Assembly (NCBI GenBank): GCA_002450835.1 | Contig: DKAM01000008.1 | Coordinates: 10,573 to 74,572, forward strand | DNA from: Dehalococcoidia bacterium UBA6926 | GTDB lineage: Bacteria > Chloroflexota > Dehalococcoidia > UBA6926 | Direction of reading: 5' to 3' | Length of the DNA: 64,000 nt | Shown here: positions 1 to 10,250 of the stretch, piece after piece | How the letters are laid out: every line of letters starts with the position of its first letter | Numbering within the stretch: position 1 is the stretch's first letter | Position numbers and translations under genes: made by a program | The notes under the pieces: model-generated | What the model was told of the DNA's origin: nothing | Databases searched by the model: none | What the model saw: the letters and a program-made list of their open reading frames with translations, nothing else

Positions 1-81
1 AGTATAGTTGTTCTCCTACTTATGATTCTATTACTGGTATTCAACAATGTAAAAAGGATTAAAATAGCTCAGCTTCATTTT

Positions 82-738
82 CTATAAATTTGCTTTCCTC
101 GCCTCGTAGATGAATCTTGCTATTTTATTTGGGTCTTTTTTCTTATTTGTTTCTACGCCGCTCGAAACATCTACTCCCCAGGGTCGTACATCGTTGATAA
201 TTCCTGCAATATTGTCTGGTGTGAGGCCGCCCGCCAATATACAAGGGTAAGTTTGAGTTATCATTTTCGCGGTTTTGAAATCCATTGACGCCCCTGTACC
301 TCCAGGTTGCCCCTCTACTAGAGGTTCAATAAGAGCCATTGCTTTTTTCGACTCCGCATATTCAAATACTGGCTCTAATGTTGTTCTAATTTCTGTCTCG
401 CTTGCGGTTGAGGGTATCCTTTTTGCGATGATCAATGGTCTTTCTATTGAAGCCCAGTATTCTTTGTCCTCGTTTCCATGAAGCTGGACCATATCCAGAT
501 CTAAATTTTCTGCTATGGAGTTAACTTCTGCGACTTCTTGGTCTACAAATACTCCCACGACGGGTGGTGTTGGTTCTTCTGTATCTCTAAAAGCGGTAAG
601 CATTTCTGCAGCTTTTTCTACTGCAATTTGTCTCCATGCATCTGCAAATATAATTCCTAATAGATCAGCTCCGCTTGCTGTTGCAATTTGTAAGTCTTCC
701 AGGCTGCGATTCCCACACATCTTGATTATGACATTCAT
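82..738 (-). CDS. trpF: N-(5'-phosphoribosyl)anthranilate isomerase
   Basis: 218-aa ORF with IIKMCGN and GADLLGIIF motifs typical of PRAI. It starts 4 nt after the trpC stop. Confidence 0.9.
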   Translation of the reverse strand: MNVIIKMCGNRSLEDLQIATASGADLLGIIFADAWRQIAVEKAAEMLTAFRDTEEPTPPVVGVFVDQEVAEVNSIAENLDLDMVQLHGNEDKEYWASIERPLIIAKRIPSTASETEIRTTLEPVFEYAESKKAMALIEPLVEGQPGGTGASMDFKTAKMITQTYPCILAGGLTPDNIAGIINDVRPWGVDVSSGVETNKKKDPNKIARFIYEARKANL

Positions 739-742
739 TAAA

Positions 743-1624
743 TTAGGTACTTTCTCTAATATCTGGAAGGTTGTCTGTAAGGTCGCTGATGAGGTTCTGC
801 TGTTCTTCGATTAATCCGTTTCTTGGGTCATTAATATTGCTTAATTCCTCTATTAAAGTTGCTCGATTTTCAGATGTAATTAAAGATTCACCAACTAGTA
901 TTGCATCTGCCCCTGCTGCTCTAACGTTTCTGGCATCTAGCGAATTGTTAATCCCGCTTTCTGAGACGACAATTGTATTTTGGCCGACGCGTGGCGCTAT
1001 ACCGGATGTAACACTTAAGTCTGTTTCGAATGATTTTAAATCACGATTATTTATTCCTAATAATCGTGGGTTTAATTCTTGTACTCTAAAGAATTCCTCT
1101 TCCGAGTGAACTTCGATGAGTGAAGCGATCGATAGGGAATTAGCCAACTCTTGGAATTCTAATATTTCATCATTTGTTAGGCACACTGCTATCAATAGAA
1201 TGGCATCAGCACCCCAATACCGTGATTCGTATATTTGGTATTGATCAACGATAAAATCTTTTCTTAATACAGGGATGTGATTTATGTGGGCGACGTTTGT
1301 TACCGTTTTTAGGTCTTCTAAAGAACCTCTAAAAAATGGACTATCGGTCAACACCGATATTGCCGTAGCTCCATGGTTTATGTATAGAGTGGCTAAATCT
1401 TCAACATCAAGGTTTTCGTCAAGAATCCCTTTCGATGGCGAAGCTCTTTTTATTTCTGCAATCAAATGCAGCTTGTCTTTTCGGAATGCTTGGTAGAAAT
1501 CTATAGGAGATGGAAGATCTTTTATCTTATTTATTAATTCAGATTCTGGGACAAGCGAACGCCTTGAATCTAAGTCGAGCTTAGTTCTCGGTATGATTTT
1601 ATCTAGGTAACTATCTGTAGTCAT
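743..1624 (-). CDS. trpC: indole-3-glycerol phosphate synthase
   Basis: 293-aa ORF with the IAEIKRASPSKG signature and TIM-barrel layout of IGPS. It has a short acidic C-terminal tail. Confidence 0.9.
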   Translation of the reverse strand: MTTDSYLDKIIPRTKLDLDSRRSLVPESELINKIKDLPSPIDFYQAFRKDKLHLIAEIKRASPSKGILDENLDVEDLATLYINHGATAISVLTDSPFFRGSLEDLKTVTNVAHINHIPVLRKDFIVDQYQIYESRYWGADAILLIAVCLTNDEILEFQELANSLSIASLIEVHSEEEFFRVQELNPRLLGINNRDLKSFETDLSVTSGIAPRVGQNTIVVSESGINNSLDARNVRAAGADAILVGESLITSENRATLIEELSNINDPRNGLIEEQQNLISDLTDNLPDIREST

Positions 1625-1755
1625 TATTAAACCTATTTATATTATCCTAAACATTTGATCTTATATAAACAAGATGGGTACAATGTGAGTCTTACTGAGA
1701 ATTCCATTAGAAGAATTTCCTCATTAAATGACACTAAGCCCTTATACTTTAGCAT

Positions 1756-2622
1756 ATGGTGGGATATATGATTGATGCACATACTCATGTTTTCCCGGAC
1801 GAGATTGTAAAGAATCCCGCCCGATACTTTTCCTTGGATTCTGAATTTGAACTGCTTTATAGCAAACCTGGCACGAGAATTGATAATGGTGACCAATTGA
1901 TACAATCTATGAAGAATTCAAAAATTTCAAAAAGTATAGCTTGTGGATTTGGTTGGGCTTCAAATGAACTATGCGTACTTGGAAACAACGCCATCATAAG
2001 TTTGGTTAATAAGGAACCAGAGAAAATTATCGGTTTCGGTACTGTTTCGTTTGCCGAATCTTTTGAAGATGGGCTAGCGGAAATTCATAGATTGTCTAAA
2101 CAGGGTATAAGAGGCATTGGTGAAATTCGGGCTGAAAAACAAGGTTTTTTTAATATCACCGATGAAGAATATGATAAGTTAGCGGAAACTCTTATTGAAA
2201 ATAAACTAATACTTCTTCTTCATGTATCTGAACCTGTAGGTCATCAGTATCCAGGTAAAAAGGGGGCAAAACTAGAATTTATTGAAGCCCTTTTGATTAA
2301 ATTAGAGGGCGTTAATATGATTCTAGCTCATGGAGGTGGAGGCTTACCTTTTTACTCTTACATGCCTGAAGTCAGAGACTATCTAGACAAAGTTTGGTTT
2401 GACACCGCTGCATTTCCATTTCTCTACGATAACGATATTCTAAGAGGGCTGATTAGTACCGTTGGGTCCGATAAGATCATTTTTGGATCTGATTTCCCAT
2501 TAATGCCTCAAGAGAAAGTTATTTCGTATATTGAAGGATCGTCCATAGACCAAGATGATAAGACGAAAATTTTTTGTGATAATTTGAATGATTTATTGGA
2601 AAATAATACATTTGTAGGCTAG
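1756..2622 (+). CDS. metal-dependent amidohydrolase (amidohydrolase_2 / TIM-barrel hydrolase family)
   Basis: 288-aa ORF with an N-terminal IDAHTHVFP metal-binding motif, plus LLLHV and ILAHGGG motifs. The start may be the ATG at 1768 instead of 1756. Confidence 0.7.
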   Translation: MVGYMIDAHTHVFPDEIVKNPARYFSLDSEFELLYSKPGTRIDNGDQLIQSMKNSKISKSIACGFGWASNELCVLGNNAIISLVNKEPEKIIGFGTVSFAESFEDGLAEIHRLSKQGIRGIGEIRAEKQGFFNITDEEYDKLAETLIENKLILLLHVSEPVGHQYPGKKGAKLEFIEALLIKLEGVNMILAHGGGGLPFYSYMPEVRDYLDKVWFDTAAFPFLYDNDILRGLISTVGSDKIIFGSDFPLMPQEKVISYIEGSSIDQDDKTKIFCDNLNDLLENNTFVG

Positions 2623-2686
2623 AGGTGTGAGTATGTTGAGGAAACACTATGTTTATATTGCTGCTATGGTAGGTGTATAAATCAGT

Positions 2687-4171
2687 ATGTATTATCCAGA
2701 TCTCGAAAAATTCAAAACCCTTGCAAGCGAAGGCAACATCGCTCCAATTTATAAGGAGATTCCTGCAGATATGGAAACTCCTGCGACTGCTTATCTCAAA
2801 GTCGCGCACGAAGGGCCGTCTTTTTTGTTGGAAAGCGTCGAGGGTGGTGAGAGGTTAGCGCGATACAGTTTTATTGGTACTCTTCCAAGTAAAGTCGTTA
2901 GTACTGGAAAATCCACAGATCTAGGAAGTGTTGACCCGCTAATCCAAGTAGAAGAAGCGCTGTCGGGCCTGAACCCAGTTCCTGTTGAAGGTTTGCCAAG
3001 GTTTTTGGGCGGTGCAGTTGGCTTTATAGCCTATGATGCTGTTCGGCATTTCGAGCCAAGGCTCAATCCTAACGTTAACGACGACCCTATGGGGGTTCCT
3101 GAATCAATATTCATGCTCACCGATACAATATTAATTTTTGATCATGTTAAACATGTTATAAAAGTCGTAAGTGACGCTCGATTGGACGGTGATATTGATC
3201 AAAATTATAAAGATGCCATTTCGAGAATTGATTTATTGGTAGAACGACTTAGCTCAAGTAATATTTTTGATAATAAAGGGTTAAACCCAGGCGAACCCAC
3301 CAATTATAAAAGCGAAGTGGAGTCCAATCACTCAAAAGAAGATTACATGTCTCAGGTAGAAGCCGCACGTAAATTAATTGAGTCTGGGGAGGTAATTCAA
3401 GTAGTTTTGTCACAAAGACTAAGCCGTAAAACCTCTGCAGCTCCTTTCGATATCTATCGTGCTTTGCGTGCTTTAAATCCCTCGCCTTATATGTATTATT
3501 TGGATTTCAATGATTTCCATATTATTGGTTCTTCCCCTGAGACATTGGTCCGCGTTGAAGATGGTATTGCCACATCTGATCCTATTGCAGGGACTAGGCC
3601 GAGAGGATCTAATAACGAAGAGGACGAACAATATGCCGAAGATTTGATAAGCGATGACAAAGAGAGAGCGGAGCACGTCATGCTAGTTGATCTTTCCAGG
3701 AACGACATTGGTAAGGTTAGTGAGGCAGGAACAGTTAAAGTTGAAAAATTTATGGAAATCGCCCGTTATTCCCATGTTATGCATATAGCTTCTCACGTTT
3801 CTGGGAAATTAAAGAATGACATGACCTCTTTCGATGCCTTACGATCATGCTTTCCTGCGGGTACACTTTCAGGAGCTCCTAAAGTTAGGGCAATGGAGAT
3901 AATTGGAGATAAAGAGCCCCACGCAAGAGGTCCGTACGGGGGCGCTGTTGGTTATTTTAGTCACTCTGGTAATATGGATATGGCAATATGTATTAGAACT
4001 GTTGTTATGAAAGATGGCGTTGCTACGGTTCAGGCAGGGGCAGGGTTGGTTTATGATAGTGTTCCTCAAACAGAATTTGAGGAGTGTTTGCATAAAGCAA
4101 GAGGTATGATGAGTGCAATCGATCATGCAGAGGAATTTACTAATGATCGCGTTCGTGAGGCTAAAACATAA
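2687..4171 (+). CDS. trpE: anthranilate synthase component I
   Basis: 494-aa ORF with LLESVEGGE, PSPYMYY, GTRPRG, HVMLVDLSRNDIG and GAVGY motifs characteristic of TrpE. Confidence 0.95.
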   Translation: MYYPDLEKFKTLASEGNIAPIYKEIPADMETPATAYLKVAHEGPSFLLESVEGGERLARYSFIGTLPSKVVSTGKSTDLGSVDPLIQVEEALSGLNPVPVEGLPRFLGGAVGFIAYDAVRHFEPRLNPNVNDDPMGVPESIFMLTDTILIFDHVKHVIKVVSDARLDGDIDQNYKDAISRIDLLVERLSSSNIFDNKGLNPGEPTNYKSEVESNHSKEDYMSQVEAARKLIESGEVIQVVLSQRLSRKTSAAPFDIYRALRALNPSPYMYYLDFNDFHIIGSSPETLVRVEDGIATSDPIAGTRPRGSNNEEDEQYAEDLISDDKERAEHVMLVDLSRNDIGKVSEAGTVKVEKFMEIARYSHVMHIASHVSGKLKNDMTSFDALRSCFPAGTLSGAPKVRAMEIIGDKEPHARGPYGGAVGYFSHSGNMDMAICIRTVVMKDGVATVQAGAGLVYDSVPQTEFEECLHKARGMMSAIDHAEEFTNDRVREAKT

Positions 4172-4173
4172 TA

Positions 4174-4740
4174 ATGATTTTTTTGCTAGATAATTATGAT
4201 AGTTTCACGTATAACGTGTACCAATATTTATCCCAACTGGGTGCTGAAATCACCGTTGCTCGTAACGATCAAATCACGATTTCTGAAATAGAAGATATGT
4301 CTCCGGAAAAGATTGTTATTTCTCCTGGGCCATCAAACCCCGATAATGCGGGTATTTCTAATGAAGTTGTAGAGCATTTCGCACCTAAAAAAATACCTAT
4401 ATTAGGTATATGCTTAGGCCATCAGTGTATAGGTCAGGTATTTGGCGCAAATATAGCGAGTGCTGGTGAAATTATGCATGGTAAAACTAGCTTAATTCAC
4501 CACGATGAGAAAGGCGTATTCAAGAATTTACCTAATCCTTTTGAGGCAATACGGTACCATTCTTTATCTGTGCATTCTGAACAATTATCTGATGATGTCG
4601 AGGTAACGGCGTGGACCGATAATGGAGTTGTTATGGGTGTACGACACAAGGATTATCCTCTTGAAGGCATTCAATTTCATCCAGAAAGTATAATGACACC
4701 TTCCGGTATGGAATTACTTAGTAATTTTCTCACTAATTGA
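4174..4740 (+). CDS. trpG: anthranilate synthase component II (glutamine amidotransferase)
   Basis: 188-aa ORF with LLDNYDSFTYN, GICLGHQ (nucleophile Cys) and GIQFHPES motifs. It starts 2 nt after trpE. Confidence 0.95.
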   Translation: MIFLLDNYDSFTYNVYQYLSQLGAEITVARNDQITISEIEDMSPEKIVISPGPSNPDNAGISNEVVEHFAPKKIPILGICLGHQCIGQVFGANIASAGEIMHGKTSLIHHDEKGVFKNLPNPFEAIRYHSLSVHSEQLSDDVEVTAWTDNGVVMGVRHKDYPLEGIQFHPESIMTPSGMELLSNFLTN

Positions 4741-4799
4741 ACGAGTTATCACTTCTTATATGTATACATTATTAGAGAATATAGAGGTAGGAAAAATTT

Positions 4800-5816
4800 A
4801 TGATTAGAGAAGCGCTTACAAAAATTGTTTTGGGTGATGATTTGTCCCAAAACGAGGCTTCTGAAGTAATGAAAGAAATTATGGAAGGTGAAGTCACTCC
4901 GAGTCAACTAGGAGCATTTTTAACTGCACTTAGGATAAAAGGCGAAACAATAGATGAGATTTCAGGTCTTGCGAGTACGATGAGGAAAATGTCAGTTACG
5001 GTAGATATCGATTCACCTGAAGAGCTTTTGGATGTAGTTGGGACAGGAGGAGATTCTTCAGGTAGTTTTAATATATCTACAGCAGCGGCAATTGTAGCAG
5101 CAGGAGCAGGGCAAAGGAGCGCCAAACACGGCAATCGGGCTGCGAGTTCTTCTTCTGGTTCTGCTGATGTTCTAGAAGCTTTGGGGGTAAAAATTGAATT
5201 GGGCCCAGATTCAGTTGCGCGATGTATTCGTGAAGCTGGAATAGGATTTATGTTTGCACCTCTTTTCCATCCAGCGATGCGCCATGCTGGACCAACTCGG
5301 AGAGAGATTGGGTTTAGAACGATTTTCAATATATTGGGACCTTTGACTAATCCCGCCGGTGCAGGGCATCAATTAGTTGGTGTCCCTGAATTAGATTTAG
5401 TTGAAACGATAGCTAATGTGTTGGGACAATTAGGTACGGAACATTCAATAGTTGTTCATGGTGATGGTGGGCTTGATGAACTTTCGTTGAGCGGCCCATC
5501 TTTGATGGTTGAGTATCATAAAGGGCATGTACGTAAAACAGAAATAACGCCCCAGGCGTTGGGCTTAAACCCTGCAAGCTTGGATCAAATTCGTATTGAT
5601 AGCGTTGATGGGAGCTCCAAAATTATTAGTAATGTTCTAAATGGTGAGCCGGGCCCACACAGGGATATTGTGGTTTTAAATGCAGGAGCTGCACTTTTAG
5701 CTGGTGATGCAGTGACAAACTTACAAGAAGGCGTACAAGAAGCGATTAAATCTATTGATTCCTCATCTGCAAGGGACCACCTAGAGAAATTGGTTGAAGT
5801 CTCTAATTTAGAATAA
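4800..5816 (+). CDS. trpD: anthranilate phosphoribosyltransferase
   Basis: 338-aa ORF with DVVGTGGD, KHGNRA and FNILGPLTNP motifs. Confidence 0.95.
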   Translation: MIREALTKIVLGDDLSQNEASEVMKEIMEGEVTPSQLGAFLTALRIKGETIDEISGLASTMRKMSVTVDIDSPEELLDVVGTGGDSSGSFNISTAAAIVAAGAGQRSAKHGNRAASSSSGSADVLEALGVKIELGPDSVARCIREAGIGFMFAPLFHPAMRHAGPTRREIGFRTIFNILGPLTNPAGAGHQLVGVPELDLVETIANVLGQLGTEHSIVVHGDGGLDELSLSGPSLMVEYHKGHVRKTEITPQALGLNPASLDQIRIDSVDGSSKIISNVLNGEPGPHRDIVVLNAGAALLAGDAVTNLQEGVQEAIKSIDSSSARDHLEKLVEVSNLE

Positions 5817-5863
5817 GAATTACCTTCGCTTCTTTTGTAAATTTATTGGTAGTGAACATATAG

Positions 5864-6796
5864 CTATTTACTAGGGTATTGATTAGCTAAGGGGGATTCC
5901 CCTTTTCTTACTCTCTCGGCGGCTATTTCATCTACTTCTTTTTTCCAGTTACGCTTGTAAGGGTCTGAAACATCAAAAGAGAATTCACCAATTTCACTAA
6001 TACTGATCGTGCCTGTATCACCATCTTGTAAAGGGCCTAATCCTTGATGGTTGGTTCCACAGGCGATGATATCTCCTGTAAGAAGAGGCGTGACCGATGT
6101 AGTGAATTCTATGATTTCGGGTATAGGGTGTTCCATATCATCTGTGTTGTAGTCGTGTCTTAGTTGACCGTTCACCCACAATTTAATTGCGAGTGCTTGT
6201 GGATCTTTTATTTCATCTTTAGTTACAATACATGGGCCTATGGGGCCAAAAGTTGCGTAAGATTTCCCAAAGAAACTTCCAGCGCCTGAATCTGCTTTAC
6301 CAATTGCACCTCGAGCAGATACGTCCACAAAAGCGGTATAGCCAAATATGTGATCCATAGCGTTAGCTTGGGTCACTTCATGTGAATCTTTTCCAATAAT
6401 AATTCCGAGTTCTGCTTCATGGTGGAATATAGGATGTTCCCTTTTAGGTAGGATAACGGTATCGCCAGGACCAACAATAGACTCCGGAGATTTTAAGAAT
6501 GTATCAATTGGTCTTATAGGTCGTTGAACTCCCTCTTTGTAATTACCGATCATGCATAAAACTTTTCTTGGCCTCGGAACAGGTTGGCGGAGCCTTACGT
6601 CGTTTAAGTTTTTACCTTCTCCTGATTCTAACGCGACGTCCAATCCTGGCTTTAATTGTTCGAAATTTTCAATGATGTTTTGGAGCGTCTGTTGTCCATC
6701 TTCGACTCTAAGGTCACCTAAAGCAGGAGATATATCAACGACTTCCCCACCCCTCAAAACTCCTGGAACAAATTCATCAAAGAATACTAACTTCAT
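5864..6796 (-). CDS. fumarylacetoacetate hydrolase (FAH) family protein
   Basis: 310-aa ORF. The C-terminal ~220 aa have FAH-fold motifs (HHEAELGIIIGK, GYTAFVDVSAR, GTNHQG). It starts 27 nt downstream of the Mo-enzyme gene. Confidence 0.75.
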   Translation of the reverse strand: MKLVFFDEFVPGVLRGGEVVDISPALGDLRVEDGQQTLQNIIENFEQLKPGLDVALESGEGKNLNDVRLRQPVPRPRKVLCMIGNYKEGVQRPIRPIDTFLKSPESIVGPGDTVILPKREHPIFHHEAELGIIIGKDSHEVTQANAMDHIFGYTAFVDVSARGAIGKADSGAGSFFGKSYATFGPIGPCIVTKDEIKDPQALAIKLWVNGQLRHDYNTDDMEHPIPEIIEFTTSVTPLLTGDIIACGTNHQGLGPLQDGDTGTISISEIGEFSFDVSDPYKRNWKKEVDEIAAERVRKGESPLANQYPSK

Positions 6797-6822
6797 AATT
6801 TACTCCTTAACTATGGCAATAA

Positions 6823-9048
6823 TTACTTGGTGTTTAAGGTGTTATACAGATTCTCGGATGTTAAGGGCATCGAATACAACCTGGCGTCGACAGCATCTGC
6901 AATAGCGTTTGCTATAGCAGGTGCAGCCATGGCATTTGTATGCTCACCTATCCCTCTAACTTTGTAGTGACCGTGCCCATCGTCGGATTCCAAAGCAACA
7001 GTTTGCAATGGGGGTATATCTCTCGATGTTGGTAACTTCATATCAGCAAAAGATGGGTTTGATACTCGGCCGCTTTCGTCGAAAAAGAGACCTTCCATCA
7101 TAGCTGAGCCAATTGACTGAATGATGCCTCCTTCGACCTGTCCTTGCCATCCTAGAGTGTTCAATATACGTCCTGTTTCTTGTACAGCAGTATAATTCAA
7201 CACAGTAGTCTCTGCTGTTTCTGGATCTACTGAGACGTCAACAATGTGAACGCCAAATCCAGTCCAAGGGCTATCAAAGCCTTGTTCCTCATCGGTTCTC
7301 CCGGAAACAGGCTCCCCAACGCGGTCGGCAATATCACCGAGAGATATTTTTTCTGCAGTGTTTGCACCATTTACTAGATGCGCGTCTTCGAAGATGATTT
7401 GATCTTCATCCCAACCATTAAACTCAGCCGCTAGCCGTTTGAGGTTGCCTTTCAACTCTTGAGAAGCTCCGAACCCTGCTTCACTATAGACTCTTGCTCC
7501 TCTACTCCCTCCAACGCCCATATCCGGAGTTTTCCCTTCACGGGTGGACCAAGGAACTATATCGATCAGTTCAGTTGGTATATCTAACTCTTCTGCGGCT
7601 ATTTGGGCTAATATTGTAGCTGTTCCAACACCACCATCGAAAAGAGGGTGGTTAATTTCTACTCTCCCCGTGTTAAGCACCTTCATCACGACGTGTGCGG
7701 TCGCTCCGATTTGGCTATGGCTGCCGATTGCGATGCCACGACCAACATTTTCTCCTTTTTCTTTATAATAACCAGCAGATTCTGCGGCTTGTCGAAGTGC
7801 TTCTTCCGCACGAACATTCTGCCATCCTTCACCGGTAGGGTATTCGTCCCCATCTTTGACTATGTTATGCAGTCTGAATTCCAGCGGATCCATACCAACC
7901 GCTTTGGCTAGAACATCCATATGAGATTCTCCTGCAAAATGTGCTTGAGGGTGACCTGGTGACCTAACGAAAGTACATGGAGATGTGTTCGTATACATCT
8001 GGTGGGAATTAACTCTAATGTGCTCAATATCATAGGGTCCAACTATCGTTAAGATGCCGGTCATGGCTGGCAAAGGTGCGTATCCGGCATATGCTCCTCC
8101 AGCCAAATGAATTTCAGATTCCCATGCAGTGATTGTCCCATCGTTTTTTACTCCCGCTTTCACTCTCATAATTGCAGGATGACGCATTGTCATGTTTTGA
8201 AACTCCTCGTCATAATCAGAGGACCATTTGACTGGCATACCAGTTTTCTCCGCTGCCGCATATGTTAGACCAACCATTACGCCTGAAGATTTTCCTCCGA
8301 AAGAACCACCTACATAATTAACATTAAAGTTGATATTGTCTGGGTCCAAATCGAATACTCTTGCTAGTTCCTGGTGGGCTCCGTTTGGAGTGTCATTGTT
8401 GTTCCAAACTTGTACTATCCCTTCGTCGTCAATATATACAAGGCATCCGTGCGGCTCGAGATAGCCTGGATGAGTTAAGGGTGTTTTGTAGGTGTTTTCG
8501 ATGACGATATCTGCTTCGCCAAACCCTTTTTGGATATCTCCTCGTTCATGCGATAGACCTGCGTACCTATTCCCAGGAGCGTCCATGGGAGGAGCTCCTA
8601 CGTAGTTATTATAGTCAGGATGCAGTATTGGAGCATCATTTTGGTGTGCCTCTTCAGGATCAATAATCGCGGGGAGTTCTTCATATTCTACATCTATGAG
8701 GGCAACCGCTTCCTGGGCAGTGTCTTCATCTACAGCAACAACCGCCGCTACACAGTCTCCTACTAACCTGACTTCGTCCCAGCAGAGTAGGGGCTGATCC
8801 TTGATAACATTACCCGTTAATTTACCTTTAAGATCTTCTCCAGTTAAAACAAGACTAACGCCGGCCATCGATTCTGCTGCAGAGGTATCAATGTTTTTTA
8901 TCCTTGCGTGAGGGAAAGGACTTCGGAGAACTTTCATCCATAGCATCCCGGGCAATTTAGCATCTAACCCGTAGAACGCTTCGCCGGTGATTTTCTCCGG
9001 TCCATCTACTCTTGGTATTGGTTGTCCGATTACCTTGTTAGTCGTCAT
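6823..9048 (-). CDS. xanthine dehydrogenase / aldehyde oxidase family molybdopterin-binding (large) subunit
   Basis: ORF of about 741 aa with an N-terminal VIGQPIPRVDGPEKITGEA hammerhead motif and Mo-binding domain layout. The ATG at 9048 follows a GGGGGGA SD; the ORF track extends to 9072. Confidence 0.85.
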   Translation of the reverse strand: MTTNKVIGQPIPRVDGPEKITGEAFYGLDAKLPGMLWMKVLRSPFPHARIKNIDTSAAESMAGVSLVLTGEDLKGKLTGNVIKDQPLLCWDEVRLVGDCVAAVVAVDEDTAQEAVALIDVEYEELPAIIDPEEAHQNDAPILHPDYNNYVGAPPMDAPGNRYAGLSHERGDIQKGFGEADIVIENTYKTPLTHPGYLEPHGCLVYIDDEGIVQVWNNNDTPNGAHQELARVFDLDPDNINFNVNYVGGSFGGKSSGVMVGLTYAAAEKTGMPVKWSSDYDEEFQNMTMRHPAIMRVKAGVKNDGTITAWESEIHLAGGAYAGYAPLPAMTGILTIVGPYDIEHIRVNSHQMYTNTSPCTFVRSPGHPQAHFAGESHMDVLAKAVGMDPLEFRLHNIVKDGDEYPTGEGWQNVRAEEALRQAAESAGYYKEKGENVGRGIAIGSHSQIGATAHVVMKVLNTGRVEINHPLFDGGVGTATILAQIAAEELDIPTELIDIVPWSTREGKTPDMGVGGSRGARVYSEAGFGASQELKGNLKRLAAEFNGWDEDQIIFEDAHLVNGANTAEKISLGDIADRVGEPVSGRTDEEQGFDSPWTGFGVHIVDVSVDPETAETTVLNYTAVQETGRILNTLGWQGQVEGGIIQSIGSAMMEGLFFDESGRVSNPSFADMKLPTSRDIPPLQTVALESDDGHGHYKVRGIGEHTNAMAAPAIANAIADAVDARLYSMPLTSENLYNTLNTK

Positions 9049-9269
9049 ATTATTATCCCCCCAAAAATTCATATAAGCAGTTGTTTTATACTATGAATAT
9101 ATGTATATTTCGCTGCCGGCTTATATTCTAACACTTAAGCTACAATTCTTATATTGTTAAAACGTCTGTTAGTGATTTAATCTTAGTTATGGGTTTCGTT
9201 TAAATACTAAAAATAAAATAATTGAAAAGTTATAATGGCCGCAGTGGACATATAAACTGGGAAATATTA

Positions 9270-10202
9270 ATGAATGAAGGAAAAAAAGATAAACCGGTGG
9301 ACAGATCTAACGATTCTTTATCAAATTCTGAGATGAAACAACATTATTTGAGAATCGCGGAATCTTACGATGAAGAAAATAACGAGGACCATCTGGTTGT
9401 TACAGATGCATTGAGAAATTTATCTCGTATCGCGAGGGAAGAATCTGATCCACTTTCTGCTTGGGAGTATTCGCAAAAAGTTCTAAATATAGATGAAAAA
9501 CTATTAGGGACTGAGAACTCAACGGTATCGGCAGACCTGAATGATCTAGCTAGCGTCTTCCAAGAACTCGGTGACATGGGTGGCGCGAGAGAACATTATG
9601 AAAAAGCACTAAAAATTGCTGAATCTGTGGAAGGATCGGAGAACGCTACTGTTGCAACTATATTGAATAATCTTGGTGGCGTCATGCAAGAATTAGGACA
9701 CACAAAAACCTCGAAAAAATACTTTGATCGTGCGCTAACTGTATTGGAAAGTATACATGGCTCTAGGCACGCTGATGTTTCAGCTGTAGTAAATAATTTG
9801 GGAGGACTTGCGCATGAGACAGGTGACTTGGAGGGCGCTCGAGAATTGTACGAGCAAGCATTAACTATTGATGAGGAAATTTTGGGTCCGGACCATCCAA
9901 GAGTTGCCGCGGTTACCAATAATTTGGGAGGCATCATGAGGGATTTGGGTGAAATGGAACAAGCAAAAGAATACTATGAAAGAGCGCTAAGGATAGATGA
10001 ATTAGCGTATGGATCTGATAACGCGATGGTGGCAATCCGAGCTAATAATCTTGGAGGTATTTTGCAATATATGGGTGATATTGAGGGGGCAAGGAAGCTT
10101 TATAATAGGTCATATAAAATACTTCGTGAGACCCGCGGAGAGACGCATCCCGCCACCCAATTGGCTTGGACTAACTTGGATTCTCTTGTAGACCCTATAT
10201 GA
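9270..10202 (+). CDS. tetratricopeptide (TPR_12 / kinesin-light-chain-like) repeat protein
   Basis: At least five consecutive 42-aa repeats of the form NNLGG..x..G..x..A...YE.AL.I.E...G..H..VA. The ATG at 9270 is the likely start; the ORF track begins at a TTG at 9222. Confidence 0.8.
   Translation: MNEGKKDKPVDRSNDSLSNSEMKQHYLRIAESYDEENNEDHLVVTDALRNLSRIAREESDPLSAWEYSQKVLNIDEKLLGTENSTVSADLNDLASVFQELGDMGGAREHYEKALKIAESVEGSENATVATILNNLGGVMQELGHTKTSKKYFDRALTVLESIHGSRHADVSAVVNNLGGLAHETGDLEGARELYEQALTIDEEILGPDHPRVAAVTNNLGGIMRDLGEMEQAKEYYERALRIDELAYGSDNAMVAIRANNLGGILQYMGDIEGARKLYNRSYKILRETRGETHPATQLAWTNLDSLVDPI
9537..10166 (+). repeat. tandem ~126-bp coding repeats (42-aa TPR units) inside the TPR gene
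   Basis: The protein-level period is seen directly: LNDLASV.., LNNLGGVMQELG.., VNNLGGLAHETG.., TNNLGGIMRDLG.., ANNLGGILQYMG.. Confidence 0.7.
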
Positions 10203-10250
10203 GTCATAAAATAAAATAGAATAACTTTGGGAGTGATTGGAAATTGTAAG

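Noticed and set aside
2623-2686. A small ORF (MLRKHYVYIAAMVGV) between the amidohydrolase gene and trpE, considered as a possible trp leader peptide.
   Set aside because: It contains no Trp codons, and no terminator or antiterminator structure follows it.
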